Positions 50,171-59,675 of a DNA stretch of 64,000 nucleotides are shown in pieces. The position numbers and the translations under genes are program-made. Origin of the DNA: Candidatus Zambryskiibacteriota bacterium (GTDB taxonomy: Bacteria > Patescibacteriota > Minisyncoccia > Phycocordibacterales > WO2-35-19); assembly GCA_048499675.1 (NCBI GenBank), contig JASNZL010000002.1, positions 40,138 to 104,137 of the forward strand, in the 5' to 3' direction. The first letter of the stretch is position 1. The number at the start of each line of letters is the position of its first letter. The notes below the pieces were generated by a model that saw nothing but the letters and a program-made list of their open reading frames with translations, was not told where the DNA came from and searched no databases.

Positions 50171-50602
50171 CTATACAGGAAGCTTCATTCCAAAACACAG
50201 ATCAACACCGTGCTCTGCGCTCATCGATTTAATCATTTCTTTGATTTCGGCTAAATGCCTGCGTCCAAAGTTTTTGATGCGAAGACACTCACTTTCGGAC
50301 ATAGACAGAATATCTGCCAAGCGAGAAAATCCCGCCCTTTTCAGTGCATTATAGGTACGAACACTTAGAAGGAGTTCTTCAATGCACATTTCCAGGAGCC
50401 TCTTAAGTCTTTCAGACTTATCATCTTTATCTTGTTTTGCAGGCATCACAAACTCTAATACTTCTCCCTCTCCATCTTTTACTTGAGAAACAAAGAAGCC
50501 ATTCGCTGCATACCTTTCAATAGTGTTTGCAATACTCCTGTAAAAATCCAAAAGTCTCGCTGTGTACTCAACACCATCAACACATTCTTGAATTCTAGGC
50601 AT
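50171..50602 (-). CDS. Protein with RNA polymerase alpha-CTD-like domain
   Basis: IEELLLSVRTYNALKRAG...IKNFGRRHLAEIKE. Confidence 0.78.
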   Translation of the reverse strand: MPRIQECVDGVEYTARLLDFYRSIANTIERYAANGFFVSQVKDGEGEVLEFVMPAKQDKDDKSERLKRLLEMCIEELLLSVRTYNALKRAGFSRLADILSMSESECLRIKNFGRRHLAEIKEMIKSMSAEHGVDLCFGMKLPV

Positions 50603-50689
50603 TTCAAACTTTAGAATCAGGGTTTCGCTTATCAACACAGAACACCACCTTTCTGCCCAAAAGAATATATTATATTTCCAAAAAGTCAA

Positions 50690-51283
50690 CTATTGCACTT
50701 TTCCAAAATTTTCCTCGATTGCTTTCCAGTTTAGGTTAGCGAAGAAGTCATTTACATAATCTTTCTTGCCACTCGGTTGGTAGTCATAAACAAAAGAATG
50801 CTCCCACATATCAAGAGCAAGTATTGGTGCGCATCCTTGGAGTTGACCTAAATGCTGTTCGTCTATCCAAGCATTCAAAAGACGATTTTCTTTTTTGTCA
50901 TAATAAAGAATTGCCCAGCCAATTCCACGAGTAAGAGCCATACTTTTAAAATAAGCGAGCCATTTATCAAATGAGCCAAAATCATCTTCAATTTTTTTCT
51001 TAAGAAAACTTCCTTCTTCTAATTCTTTTGGGCCACCTGAGAGTGATTCAAAATATACTTCGTGGTTTCTGATACCATTGTATTCAAAACCAAATCTCCT
51101 TTGAGTTTCGGCTATTGTGTAGGTGTTCTTCTCGAGGTCACTACTCATCTCTTCTATTTTTTCCAAAATTAAGTTTGTGTGCTTAACATACCCCGCATAA
51201 AGTTTTAGGTGCTCCTCAATATTTTTCTCTGAAATACCTTTTAGTTTTCCTATTTCAAATTGTTTTGCTTCAAAATGCTTCAT
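50690..51283 (-). CDS. Fe/Mn superoxide dismutase
   Basis: NHEVYF, GIGWA, LDMWEHSF. Confidence 0.92.
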   Translation of the reverse strand: MKHFEAKQFEIGKLKGISEKNIEEHLKLYAGYVKHTNLILEKIEEMSSDLEKNTYTIAETQRRFGFEYNGIRNHEVYFESLSGGPKELEEGSFLKKKIEDDFGSFDKWLAYFKSMALTRGIGWAILYYDKKENRLLNAWIDEQHLGQLQGCAPILALDMWEHSFVYDYQPSGKKDYVNDFFANLNWKAIEENFGKVQ

Positions 51284-51350
51284 TTTTTTGTTTTTACTTT
51301 ATAAACTTTATAACTTAGAACTTTATACTATTATAATCTATCATAAAGTG

Positions 51351-52265
51351 ATGGAAAGGAGGTTTAAAATAAAAATAGCTATTTTTTCTATTTTGTTTTT
51401 AGGAGCAATTTTCTCTTTATACTTTGCAAATAGAGAAAGCAGAGCAGGGATTTTGACTGTTGCCTTCCTTGATGTAGGACAAGGGGACGCTATATTTATT
51501 GAAGCTCCAAACGGTAATCAAATGCTTGTTGATGGCGGGATTGGCAGGGGAGTGCTCCGTGAGCTCGGTAAAGCTATGCCTTTTTATGACAAAAGTATTG
51601 ATGTAGTAGTCGCAACTCATCCGGATGCTGACCACATAGGAGGATTAAATGATGTTTTAGGGAGATATAAAGTTGATTTATTTATGGAGAGCGGAGTTAT
51701 TTCTGATACTAGTTTTTATAAAGAATTAGAATCCAGAATTCTGAATCTTGAATCAAAAGGGAGAATAAAAAAGATGGAAGCAAGAAGTGGGATGATTGTA
51801 GATTTTGGCGGGGGAGTGTTTTTTGAAATCCTTTATCCTATATATGACACGGAAGGAATGGAGAGCAATAGTGCTTCAATAGTCGGGCGACTTGTTTATG
51901 GCGAAAATTCATTTATGCTCACCGGCGATTCACCCAAAAACATAGAGGAGTACTTAGTTTCTTTGGAGTGCCGAGGGCAACCCTTAATGTGCCCCGGTCC
52001 CAAAGGGTTGCCCTCGGCACTGAAGAGCAATGTATTAAAAGCCGGACATCACGGCTCAAAAACTTCCACTTCTGAAGCTTTTGTTGGAGCTGTTGCTCCA
52101 GAATACGCAGTCATTTCTGCCGGAAAAGACAACCGCTACGGTCATCCTCACCAAGAAGTTTTGGACACTCTAGAAAAATTTAACGTTCAAGTATTAAACA
52201 CCGCCGATTTAGGGAGAATTATATTTAAGAGTGATGGAAATAAAATTAACCTAATTTCTAATTAA
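51351..52265 (+). CDS. ComEC-type MBL nuclease domain protein
   Basis: DVGQGD, THPDADHIGG, LKAGHHGS, NRYGHP. Confidence 0.92.
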   Translation: MERRFKIKIAIFSILFLGAIFSLYFANRESRAGILTVAFLDVGQGDAIFIEAPNGNQMLVDGGIGRGVLRELGKAMPFYDKSIDVVVATHPDADHIGGLNDVLGRYKVDLFMESGVISDTSFYKELESRILNLESKGRIKKMEARSGMIVDFGGGVFFEILYPIYDTEGMESNSASIVGRLVYGENSFMLTGDSPKNIEEYLVSLECRGQPLMCPGPKGLPSALKSNVLKAGHHGSKTSTSEAFVGAVAPEYAVISAGKDNRYGHPHQEVLDTLEKFNVQVLNTADLGRIIFKSDGNKINLISN

Positions 52266-52390
52266 CCTCCCCCTTCATTATCATTTCGCAGGACAAGTAA
52301 TTGTTCTAAATAAAAAACAAAACCTGATTTAAGAATTGAGGCTTGGAAATTATTTAGGTTAATTAGAATAATTAGAGTACTTAGAATAAT

Positions 52391-52642
52391 TTATATTATT
52401 CCCGCCTCCTTCAAAGTGGCGTAAGCACCTTTCTTTTGAATAGTTTTGATTGCTTTTGTTGATAGGTTCAGAGTCAGTGTTTTGTTTATTTCAGGCACAA
52501 AAATCCTCTTTTTTTGGATATTAGCATAGCGTCTTTTTAGCCCAGTTGGATTGAATTGGGTAGCACGAGTCCTGTTGGAGTATCCGCCTCCAATTTGTGA
52601 TGTTTTTCCTGTTATAACGCATTGTTTTGCCATAGTGGACAT
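52391..52642 (-). CDS. rpmB: 50S ribosomal protein L28
   Basis: MAKQCVITGK...KRRYANIQKKR...LSTKAIKTI. Confidence 0.9.
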   Translation of the reverse strand: MSTMAKQCVITGKTSQIGGGYSNRTRATQFNPTGLKRRYANIQKKRIFVPEINKTLTLNLSTKAIKTIQKKGAYATLKEAGII

Positions 52643-52788
52643 TATGCTATCATAAGACTTGTATAAAGACAAGTAATTTTTAATTTAAAATTTTTAATTT
52701 TCATTCAATTTTCAATGTTTTAATATTTGAAAATTAAATAATTAAGACATTTATTGGAAATTCTAAATTGAAAATTGAAAATTAATAT

Positions 52789-53400
52789 ATGGAATTTATA
52801 TTTATTATCGCAATACTCATAATGTCGGTCGTTATTCACGAAGTCTCTCACGGATATGCAGCTTTGGCATTAGGGGACCCTACTGCAAAATACCAAGGGC
52901 GACTTACACTCAATCCTATTGCCCACTTAGACCCAGTCGGTTCATTTATTGTTCCAGCAATTGGATATTTTTTGGGAGGATTTATTATTGGCTGGGCACG
53001 ACCCGTCCCTTTTAATCCCTATAACCTAAAGAGTGCAAAATGGGGAGAAGCAATTGTTGCTGTAGCTGGCCCCCTTTCCAATATAGCCATTGCTGTTATT
53101 TTTGGAATAGTAATTCGTGTTGGTATCGCGAAAGACCTTCTCGATCCACAATTTTTAGGCCTTGCAAGTTTTGTAGTCTTAATAAATTTAGTTCTTGCTA
53201 TATTCAATATGATACCAATACCTCCACTTGATGGCTCTAAAATACTTTTTTCAATCCTGCCTCACAAATGGAGTCATTTGAGGTGGCAACTAGAAAAGTT
53301 TGGTTTAATATTTGTTTTTCTTTTTATATTTTTGTTCTGGCACATACTGAGTCCAATTATTTCTAAACTATTTTTATTAGTAACAGGTATTGATGCATAA
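52789..53400 (+). CDS. Site-2 protease (M50)
   Basis: HEVSH, AGPLSN, FNMIPIPPLDG. Confidence 0.95.
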   Translation: MEFIFIIAILIMSVVIHEVSHGYAALALGDPTAKYQGRLTLNPIAHLDPVGSFIVPAIGYFLGGFIIGWARPVPFNPYNLKSAKWGEAIVAVAGPLSNIAIAVIFGIVIRVGIAKDLLDPQFLGLASFVVLINLVLAIFNMIPIPPLDGSKILFSILPHKWSHLRWQLEKFGLIFVFLFIFLFWHILSPIISKLFLLVTGIDA

Positions 53401-53455
53401 GATTTGCCTTAATATTGTAAAATAATAGAAGTGAAAATTTCACTTCTCTTATTTT

Positions 53456-54772
53456 ATGAATAAAAAACCAGTTTTTGTTCAACACGCAATCATATCACTT
53501 ATAGCTTTTGCTATTCTTCTTGGAATCGTTTTTTCTATTTTTACATTCATCCCAGAAATACTGGAGTACTCGCAAATTTATACAGGAATAAAACTTACTC
53601 CTGAAGAAATGCAATATCTATCAGTTCAAATTTTGCTTGTAATAATAAGCGTGCTTTTGTCTTATGTATTTTATTTATTATTATCTTCAAGAACTCGAAG
53701 TGAAATTCTTGCTTTTAAGCACAACAGAGCAATAGACTCTTCACTTAGGCAATTTACAAAATTATACGAGGAGTCTCCTGTACCTTATCTACTTCTAGAC
53801 GAAGAGGGCCACATACACAACCCAAATAAATCGGCCTTGCGCTTCTTTGGAGTTGTCCAAGAAGAGATAGAAGGTAAAAATATTTTTGATCTACAAATAG
53901 ATGAGAAGTCAGAAAAAAATGATCGCCTAATTAGATATTATAAATCAAATATTCCAATCAATCGGCAAGAGGTTCAGTTTGTAACAAAAAGCGGTAATAC
54001 AAAATGGGCTATTTTTTCTATATTTAACACCAAAAAAAGTAATTACTCTGGGCTAGCGACAATATTTGATATCACGGAACAAAAAAAATTGGATAAAGCA
54101 AAAACTGAATTTCTCTCACTTGCATCACACCAACTCAGAACTCCAGTTGCAACAATCAAATGGTACTTAGAAATGTTGCGCTCAGACAAAAACAAGACAA
54201 CACCAGAAAAACAAGCAGAATACCTTTTGCGAACACAGAAAGTCGCAGAGGATATGGGGGAACTTATAGATGCCCTCCTAAACGTATCTAGAATAGAGAT
54301 TGGTTCCATAAAACCAGAAATAAAAGAAACTAATTTGGTAGAGATAGTTGAGGGAATATTGAATGAGATGATTTATATGACAGAACAAAAGAAAATAGAA
54401 ATAATAAAAAAATATGAAGGGGATTTATCTAAAATAAAAACGGATCCAAAAATAATCAGAATTGTGATACATAACCTAATTTCTAATTCTTTAAAATACA
54501 CATTTCCAAACGGTAAAGTAACCATAGAAATTAGTGAATCATTTGATAAAGCCACAATCAACATATCGGACACGGGTGTTGGTATACCAAAAAACGAACA
54601 AGGCAAAATATTCACCAAAATGTTCAGGGCAGATAACGTAAAAAATCTAATTGGAAATCAAGGTACTGGTCTAGGATTATATTTGGTAAAATCATTATTA
54701 GATATAATCGGAGCAAAAATATCTTTTGTATCAGAAGAAAATGTTGGTTCAAAATTTACTATTAAACTTTAA
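53456..54772 (+). CDS. PAS-domain sensor histidine kinase
   Basis: ASHQLRTP, NLISNSLKY, DTGVGI, GTGLGL. Confidence 0.95.
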   Translation: MNKKPVFVQHAIISLIAFAILLGIVFSIFTFIPEILEYSQIYTGIKLTPEEMQYLSVQILLVIISVLLSYVFYLLLSSRTRSEILAFKHNRAIDSSLRQFTKLYEESPVPYLLLDEEGHIHNPNKSALRFFGVVQEEIEGKNIFDLQIDEKSEKNDRLIRYYKSNIPINRQEVQFVTKSGNTKWAIFSIFNTKKSNYSGLATIFDITEQKKLDKAKTEFLSLASHQLRTPVATIKWYLEMLRSDKNKTTPEKQAEYLLRTQKVAEDMGELIDALLNVSRIEIGSIKPEIKETNLVEIVEGILNEMIYMTEQKKIEIIKKYEGDLSKIKTDPKIIRIVIHNLISNSLKYTFPNGKVTIEISESFDKATINISDTGVGIPKNEQGKIFTKMFRADNVKNLIGNQGTGLGLYLVKSLLDIIGAKISFVSEENVGSKFTIKL

Positions 54773-54778
54773 TAAAAT

Positions 54779-55159
54779 ATGGAAAAGGAGAATAAAAAAA
54801 GAATACTTGTTGTAGACGATGATGAAAATCTAAGATTGGTTTTGGTCGACAAACTAAATCAATCTGGTTTTGAAGCGATTGGTCTCGAAAATGGGAAATT
54901 GGGTTTAGAAAAAGCCCTAGAAACACATCCTGACGCTATTCTGCTTGATATTTTAATGCCAGTTATGAATGGTTGGGAAATGCTAGAGAAATTAAGGGAG
55001 GATGAATGGGGCAAAAATGCTAAAGTGATAATGTTAACCGTAATGGAAAATTCGGAATCAGTAGCCAGAGCAGTAGAGGATGGTAGTTTTAGTTATCTTA
55101 TAAAATCCAACCAGAGTATGGAAGATATTGTAAATAAGGTAAACGAAATTCTAAAATAA
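54779..55159 (+). CDS. Single-domain response regulator
   Basis: ILVVDDD, LLDILMPVMNG. Confidence 0.95.
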   Translation: MEKENKKRILVVDDDENLRLVLVDKLNQSGFEAIGLENGKLGLEKALETHPDAILLDILMPVMNGWEMLEKLREDEWGKNAKVIMLTVMENSESVARAVEDGSFSYLIKSNQSMEDIVNKVNEILK

Positions 55160-55190
55160 TCTTTCAAACAAACTCTCGCCATTCCAACTT

Positions 55191-55545
55191 GTGAGCGGGC
55201 CTGCCCATGCCACCAATTTTGGTATCTTAAATATTGCAACATATATAACTCGCTAGTTATGGGATAGGTCACCAATATCGAACACTCGAAACAAAGAAAA
55301 GGGTCGTATTGCAATAATACCAAAATTAGTGAGCGTGCCTGCCCATGCCACCAATTTTGGTATCTTCTTGTAGAAACACCAAGGAGAGTATTGATTTGGG
55401 TATATCGCCAGATCCAATGTGGCGCAATGTTTTAATATGTAATCTTTCTACAATACCAAAATTAGTGAGCGGGGATTGACCCGTAGTGAATTTTGGCATT
55501 GGTTATAAACCATGCACTTCGTGCCATGCCAAAATCTACTACGGG
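55191..55545. repeat. Two tandem MITE-like units plus GTAG hairpin copy 3
   Basis: GCCCATGCCACCAATTTTGGTATCT...ATACCAAAATTAGTGAGCG twice, then GTAGTGAATTTTGGCA...TGCCAAAATCTACTAC. Confidence 0.85.
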
Positions 55546-55610
55546 GTTGCTTTTTTCTCCGCTTTGTATTAGATTTGTATTTGTCCGCGGAAGCGGTTTT
55601 TAAATAGAAA

Positions 55611-56021
55611 ATGGCTACAATAAACCAACTTATAAAAAGAAAGAGAAAAGACGTAAAGAAAAAGTCTAAAGCTATTGCTTTGGGCCATGGTTTTAATACA
55701 TTAAAAAACAGGCCAGTAAAATATACTTCACCTTTCAAAAGGGGTGTTTGTGTAAAAGTAACAACCAAAACACCTAGAAAACCAAACTCTGCTATCAGAA
55801 AAATAGCCAGAGTAAGACTTACAAACGGTACAGAAGTGACCGCATACATTCCAGGTATTGGACATAATTTGCAGGAACACTCAGTGGTTTTGTTAAGAGG
55901 GGGTAGAGTAAAAGACATTGGAGTTAGATACACAGTAGTAAGAGGCAAGCTAGATGCTGGAGGTGTTGAGAAAAGAATGACCTCAAGATCAAGTTATGGC
56001 GCTAAAAGACCTAAAAAGTAA
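55611..56021 (+). CDS. rpsL: 30S ribosomal protein S12
   Basis: [19 protein letters not shown]. Confidence 0.99.
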   Translation: MATINQLIKRKRKDVKKKSKAIALGHGFNTLKNRPVKYTSPFKRGVCVKVTTKTPRKPNSAIRKIARVRLTNGTEVTAYIPGIGHNLQEHSVVLLRGGRVKDIGVRYTVVRGKLDAGGVEKRMTSRSSYGAKRPKK

Positions 56022-56084
56022 TATTTTATTCGTATAATTATTTTCGTTGTCATTTCGTAGTTTTCGTTTAATTTTAGTATCATT

Positions 56085-56555
56085 ATGAGAGGAAAAGTAA
56101 AAAACAGAAACATAGTAAAGCCAGACATAATGTTCAACTCTACAAAAGTTGAGAAGTTTATTAACTACATTATGGAAAGGGGAAAGAAAAATACTGCAAG
56201 AAAAATAGTATACGGTTCTTTTGATTACATAAAAACAAAAGAAAAAGTAGAAGACCCAATGGAAGTGTTCGATACCGCCCTTAAAAATGCAGGGCCAACA
56301 GTAGAAGTTAGATCAAAGAGAGTGGGTGGTGCAAACTACCAAGTACCAAGAGAAGTAAGACCCGAAAGACGAGCTTATCTATCAATGAAATGGATTATAG
56401 ACTCAGCTAAAGCCAAAAAAGGCAAACCAATGCACGAAAGACTGGGGGATGAAATAATACTGGCAAGCAAAAACGAAGGCGAGGCAATCAAAAAAAGAGA
56501 AAACGTTCACAAAATGGCAGAAGCCAACAAAGCATTTGCCCACTTTGCTTGGTAA
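56085..56555 (+). CDS. rpsG: 30S ribosomal protein S7
   Basis: RVGGANYQVP, HKMAEANKAFAH. Confidence 0.99.
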   Translation: MRGKVKNRNIVKPDIMFNSTKVEKFINYIMERGKKNTARKIVYGSFDYIKTKEKVEDPMEVFDTALKNAGPTVEVRSKRVGGANYQVPREVRPERRAYLSMKWIIDSAKAKKGKPMHERLGDEIILASKNEGEAIKKRENVHKMAEANKAFAHFAW

Positions 56556-56632
56556 ACCCGCACACTCAACAATTGTGATGTGCTTTCAGCACATGCCTAC
56601 GGCATCACAATTTTGAGTGTACAGGTAAACAC

Positions 56633-56887
56633 TTACCCCAAACTTCCTTCTATTCGTTCTTTCAAAAACCTTCTAGCATTTCCTCTCAATTTTAGTGCTT
56701 GCTCTCTGAGGCGAGCATCTTTTTCACTTTTGTATGCTTCATAGTATACTAATTCAAACGGTCTCCTAAATTGAGTAGAAAAAGATAACCCCTTTTGATG
56801 TTCTTCAAATCTTCTTTTAAGGTTATTTGTACTGCCTATGTATAATTCAGAATCTTTAAAACTTTTTAATACATAAACGTAAAACAT
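56633..56887 (-). CDS. Small GIY-YIG nuclease
   Basis: FYVYVLKS...LYIGSTNNLKRRFEEH...YYEAY...RE. Confidence 0.93.
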   Translation of the reverse strand: MFYVYVLKSFKDSELYIGSTNNLKRRFEEHQKGLSFSTQFRRPFELVYYEAYKSEKDARLREQALKLRGNARRFLKERIEGSLG

Positions 56888-57067
56888 ATATAAAGATTAT
56901 CACAAAATAATATCTCGACCCATAGTGTAAATTTAATATTTGCTACGATTTTGCAATTTAGTAATTAATAGTGTATATTCTTTATGTCCATTGCGGGATT
57001 TTTTATTTAATTTTATTCGTATTAATTAGTATCATTTGTACAATTCGTATATTGGTATCATACTCAC

Positions 57068-59221
57068 ATGAACAGAGACTATCCATTAGATAAAGTAAGA
57101 AACTTTGGTATCATCGCGCACATTGACGCTGGAAAAACAACAACTTCGGAGCGTATTTTATATTACACAGGAAGTCAGCACAAAATAGGGGAAGTTCATG
57201 AAGGCGAAACAACAACAGACTGGATGGAACAAGAGAGAGAAAGAGGCATCACAATTACAGCGGCGGCAATTACTTGTTTTTGGGGACCAACTTATCTCTC
57301 GCCCGAAGAAAGAAACAAAAAAGAAAACAAATTTAGATTTAATATTATTGACACCCCAGGTCACATTGACTTCACTGCAGAAGTAAAAAGATCTATGAGA
57401 GTTTTGGATGGTGCCGTTTGTGTTTTTGATGGAGTAGCTGGTGTTGAACCACAGTCAGAAACAAACTGGAGATACGCTGAAGAAGCAAATGTTCCAAGAC
57501 TTTGTTTTATAAACAAACTAGACAGAATAGGAGCAAACTTTGAAAAATCCTACAAATCAATTTTAGATAGACTTTCCAAAAAAGCGGTGCGAATGCAAGT
57601 ACCTTTAGGAGAAGAGGATAAACACGAAGGTGTTGTTGATTTGCTCCAAATGAAAGCTTTTGATTTTGAAGGCAAGCTCGGTGACAATGTTATCGAAGTG
57701 GCTTTTCCTGAAAATCTAAGAGCAGATGCAGAAAAATACAGAGCAGAATTAATTGAAAAAATAGTAGAAAATGATGAAGAGTTGATGAACAAATATCTTG
57801 CCGGAGAAGAAATTCCTCTTACTGATTTGAAAAAAACACTAAGAAAGGCGGTGATTGAAAACAAAATATTCCCAGTATTTTGCGGTTCTGCTCTAAAAAA
57901 TAAAGGGGTGCAGTTGGTGCTTGATGCTGTTGTTGATTATCTACCAAGTCCACTTGATATCCCAGCCATAAAAGGTACAGATCCAAAAACAGGCGAAGAA
58001 ATTGAGAGACATCCATCTGATGAGGAACCATTCTCAGCCCTTGCTTTCAAACTACAAGCAGACCCATTTGTTGGACAACTAACTTTCTTTAGAGTTTATT
58101 CTGGAACAATAGAATCCGGTTCATATATATATAATGCAAACACAGGAGACAAAGAAAGACTGGGAAGAATCGTAAGACTTCAAGCTGATAAGAGGGAAGA
58201 GGTGAAAAAAGTTTATGCTGGAGAAATCGCTGCGGCTGTTGGGTTAAAAGATGCAAAAACTTCACACACATTTTGTGACGAAAATAATCCAATATTACTT
58301 GAAGAAATTGTATTTCCAGAACCAGTTATTTCTCTTAGAATTGAACCGAAAACTAAAGCTGACCAAGAAAAAATGGGGCTTGCTCTTAAACGACTTTCTG
58401 ACGAAGACCCAACATTTAGAATTAAATCGGATTCTGAAACCGGAGAAACTGTTATTTCTGGAATGGGTGAACTTCACTTGGATATCATCGTTGACAGAAT
58501 GAAGAGAGAATTCAATGTAGAAGCAAATGTTGGCGCGCCTCAAGTGGCTTACAAAGAAACAATCACTGGTACCGCTGAAGCAGAAACAAAATACATCAAG
58601 CAAACAGGAGGTAAGGGTCAGTACGGTCACGTCAAACTTAACATCAAACCATTACAACCAGAAGAGGAGGGTGCCAAGAAACAGAAAAACGTACACAGAG
58701 AAGATGGTTTTGAATTTATTGATTCTATCAAAGGTGGTGTCATTCCTTCAGAGTTTATTCCAGCAGTTGAAAAAGGTGTAAAAGAAGCAATGGAAAGAGG
58801 AATTGTGGCTGGATACAAGATGACGGATATTTCTTGTGAACTAACTTTTGGTTCATATCACGATGTTGACTCTTCAGAAATTGCATACAAAATCGCGGCT
58901 TCACAAGCTTTCCAGGAAGCAGCCAAAAAAGCAAACCCAGTTATTCTTGAACCAATAATGAAAGTTGAAGTAGTTGTTCCAGAAAAATTCATGGGTGATG
59001 TGACGGGTTACCTATCATCAAAGAGAGGTTTGATAGAAGGAATGGATGATAGGGCAGGCAACAAAGTTGTCAAAGCAAAAGTGCCTCTTTCTGAACTATT
59101 CGGATATGTTACCACCCTCAGATCTATGACAGAAGGCAGGGGAAACGCCAACATTGAATTTGATCACTACGCAATTGTCCCACCAAATGTCGCCATGGCG
59201 ATAGCAGAAAGCAGAAAGTAA
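57068..59221 (+). CDS. fusA: Elongation factor G
   Basis: [24 protein letters not shown]. Confidence 0.99.
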   Translation: MNRDYPLDKVRNFGIIAHIDAGKTTTSERILYYTGSQHKIGEVHEGETTTDWMEQERERGITITAAAITCFWGPTYLSPEERNKKENKFRFNIIDTPGHIDFTAEVKRSMRVLDGAVCVFDGVAGVEPQSETNWRYAEEANVPRLCFINKLDRIGANFEKSYKSILDRLSKKAVRMQVPLGEEDKHEGVVDLLQMKAFDFEGKLGDNVIEVAFPENLRADAEKYRAELIEKIVENDEELMNKYLAGEEIPLTDLKKTLRKAVIENKIFPVFCGSALKNKGVQLVLDAVVDYLPSPLDIPAIKGTDPKTGEEIERHPSDEEPFSALAFKLQADPFVGQLTFFRVYSGTIESGSYIYNANTGDKERLGRIVRLQADKREEVKKVYAGEIAAAVGLKDAKTSHTFCDENNPILLEEIVFPEPVISLRIEPKTKADQEKMGLALKRLSDEDPTFRIKSDSETGETVISGMGELHLDIIVDRMKREFNVEANVGAPQVAYKETITGTAEAETKYIKQTGGKGQYGHVKLNIKPLQPEEEGAKKQKNVHREDGFEFIDSIKGGVIPSEFIPAVEKGVKEAMERGIVAGYKMTDISCELTFGSYHDVDSSEIAYKIAASQAFQEAAKKANPVILEPIMKVEVVVPEKFMGDVTGYLSSKRGLIEGMDDRAGNKVVKAKVPLSELFGYVTTLRSMTEGRGNANIEFDHYAIVPPNVAMAIAESRK

Positions 59222-59332
59222 TATAGTCACAAAACGACAATAACCATTTCTCGCCCCGTGAATCTTTTGAGTAGCAAAAGATTTTTACGGGGTCCCACCA
59301 AATGTCGCCATGGCGATAGCAGAAAGCAGAAA
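59177..59332 (+). repeat. 41-bp duplication of the fusA 3' end around a hairpin
   Basis: 59177-59217 identical to 59292-59332. Confidence 0.9.
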
Positions 59333-59675
59333 ATAAAAAAGAAATAAGATATAAGAAGTAAGATATAAGATTAGAGACAAAAGTTGAAGCCCCGCACTGG
59401 ATGGTGCAGGGCTTTTGTAAAACACGAGTTTAGACAAATAGTGCAAGAGCGCCGAGGAAGAGGGCGGTAACACTAATTGCTCCGATAAAATCGAGAAATG
59501 CTTGGGCTTTCATTCTAAACATAAGCTACCAAGAAAACACAAAATAAGCAAAGTTTTTATAATATGTTTTTATATGTTATATTATTTTTGTTATTAGTAA
59601 TTATGAGGTTTTTCAATTTTTGAATTTGAGGATTTATATAAGTCACCAAATTCAAGAATTGGCCTCATTAAAAAA

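Noticed and set aside
55191-55480. CRISPR array
   Set aside because: Only two units with ~90-bp interiors, one homologous to another locus; no cas genes; better explained as tandem MITE-like units.
59425-59545. RNase P RNA or tmRNA
   Set aside because: No GAGGAAAGTCC or terminal P4 motif, no tRNA-like ends, and too short.
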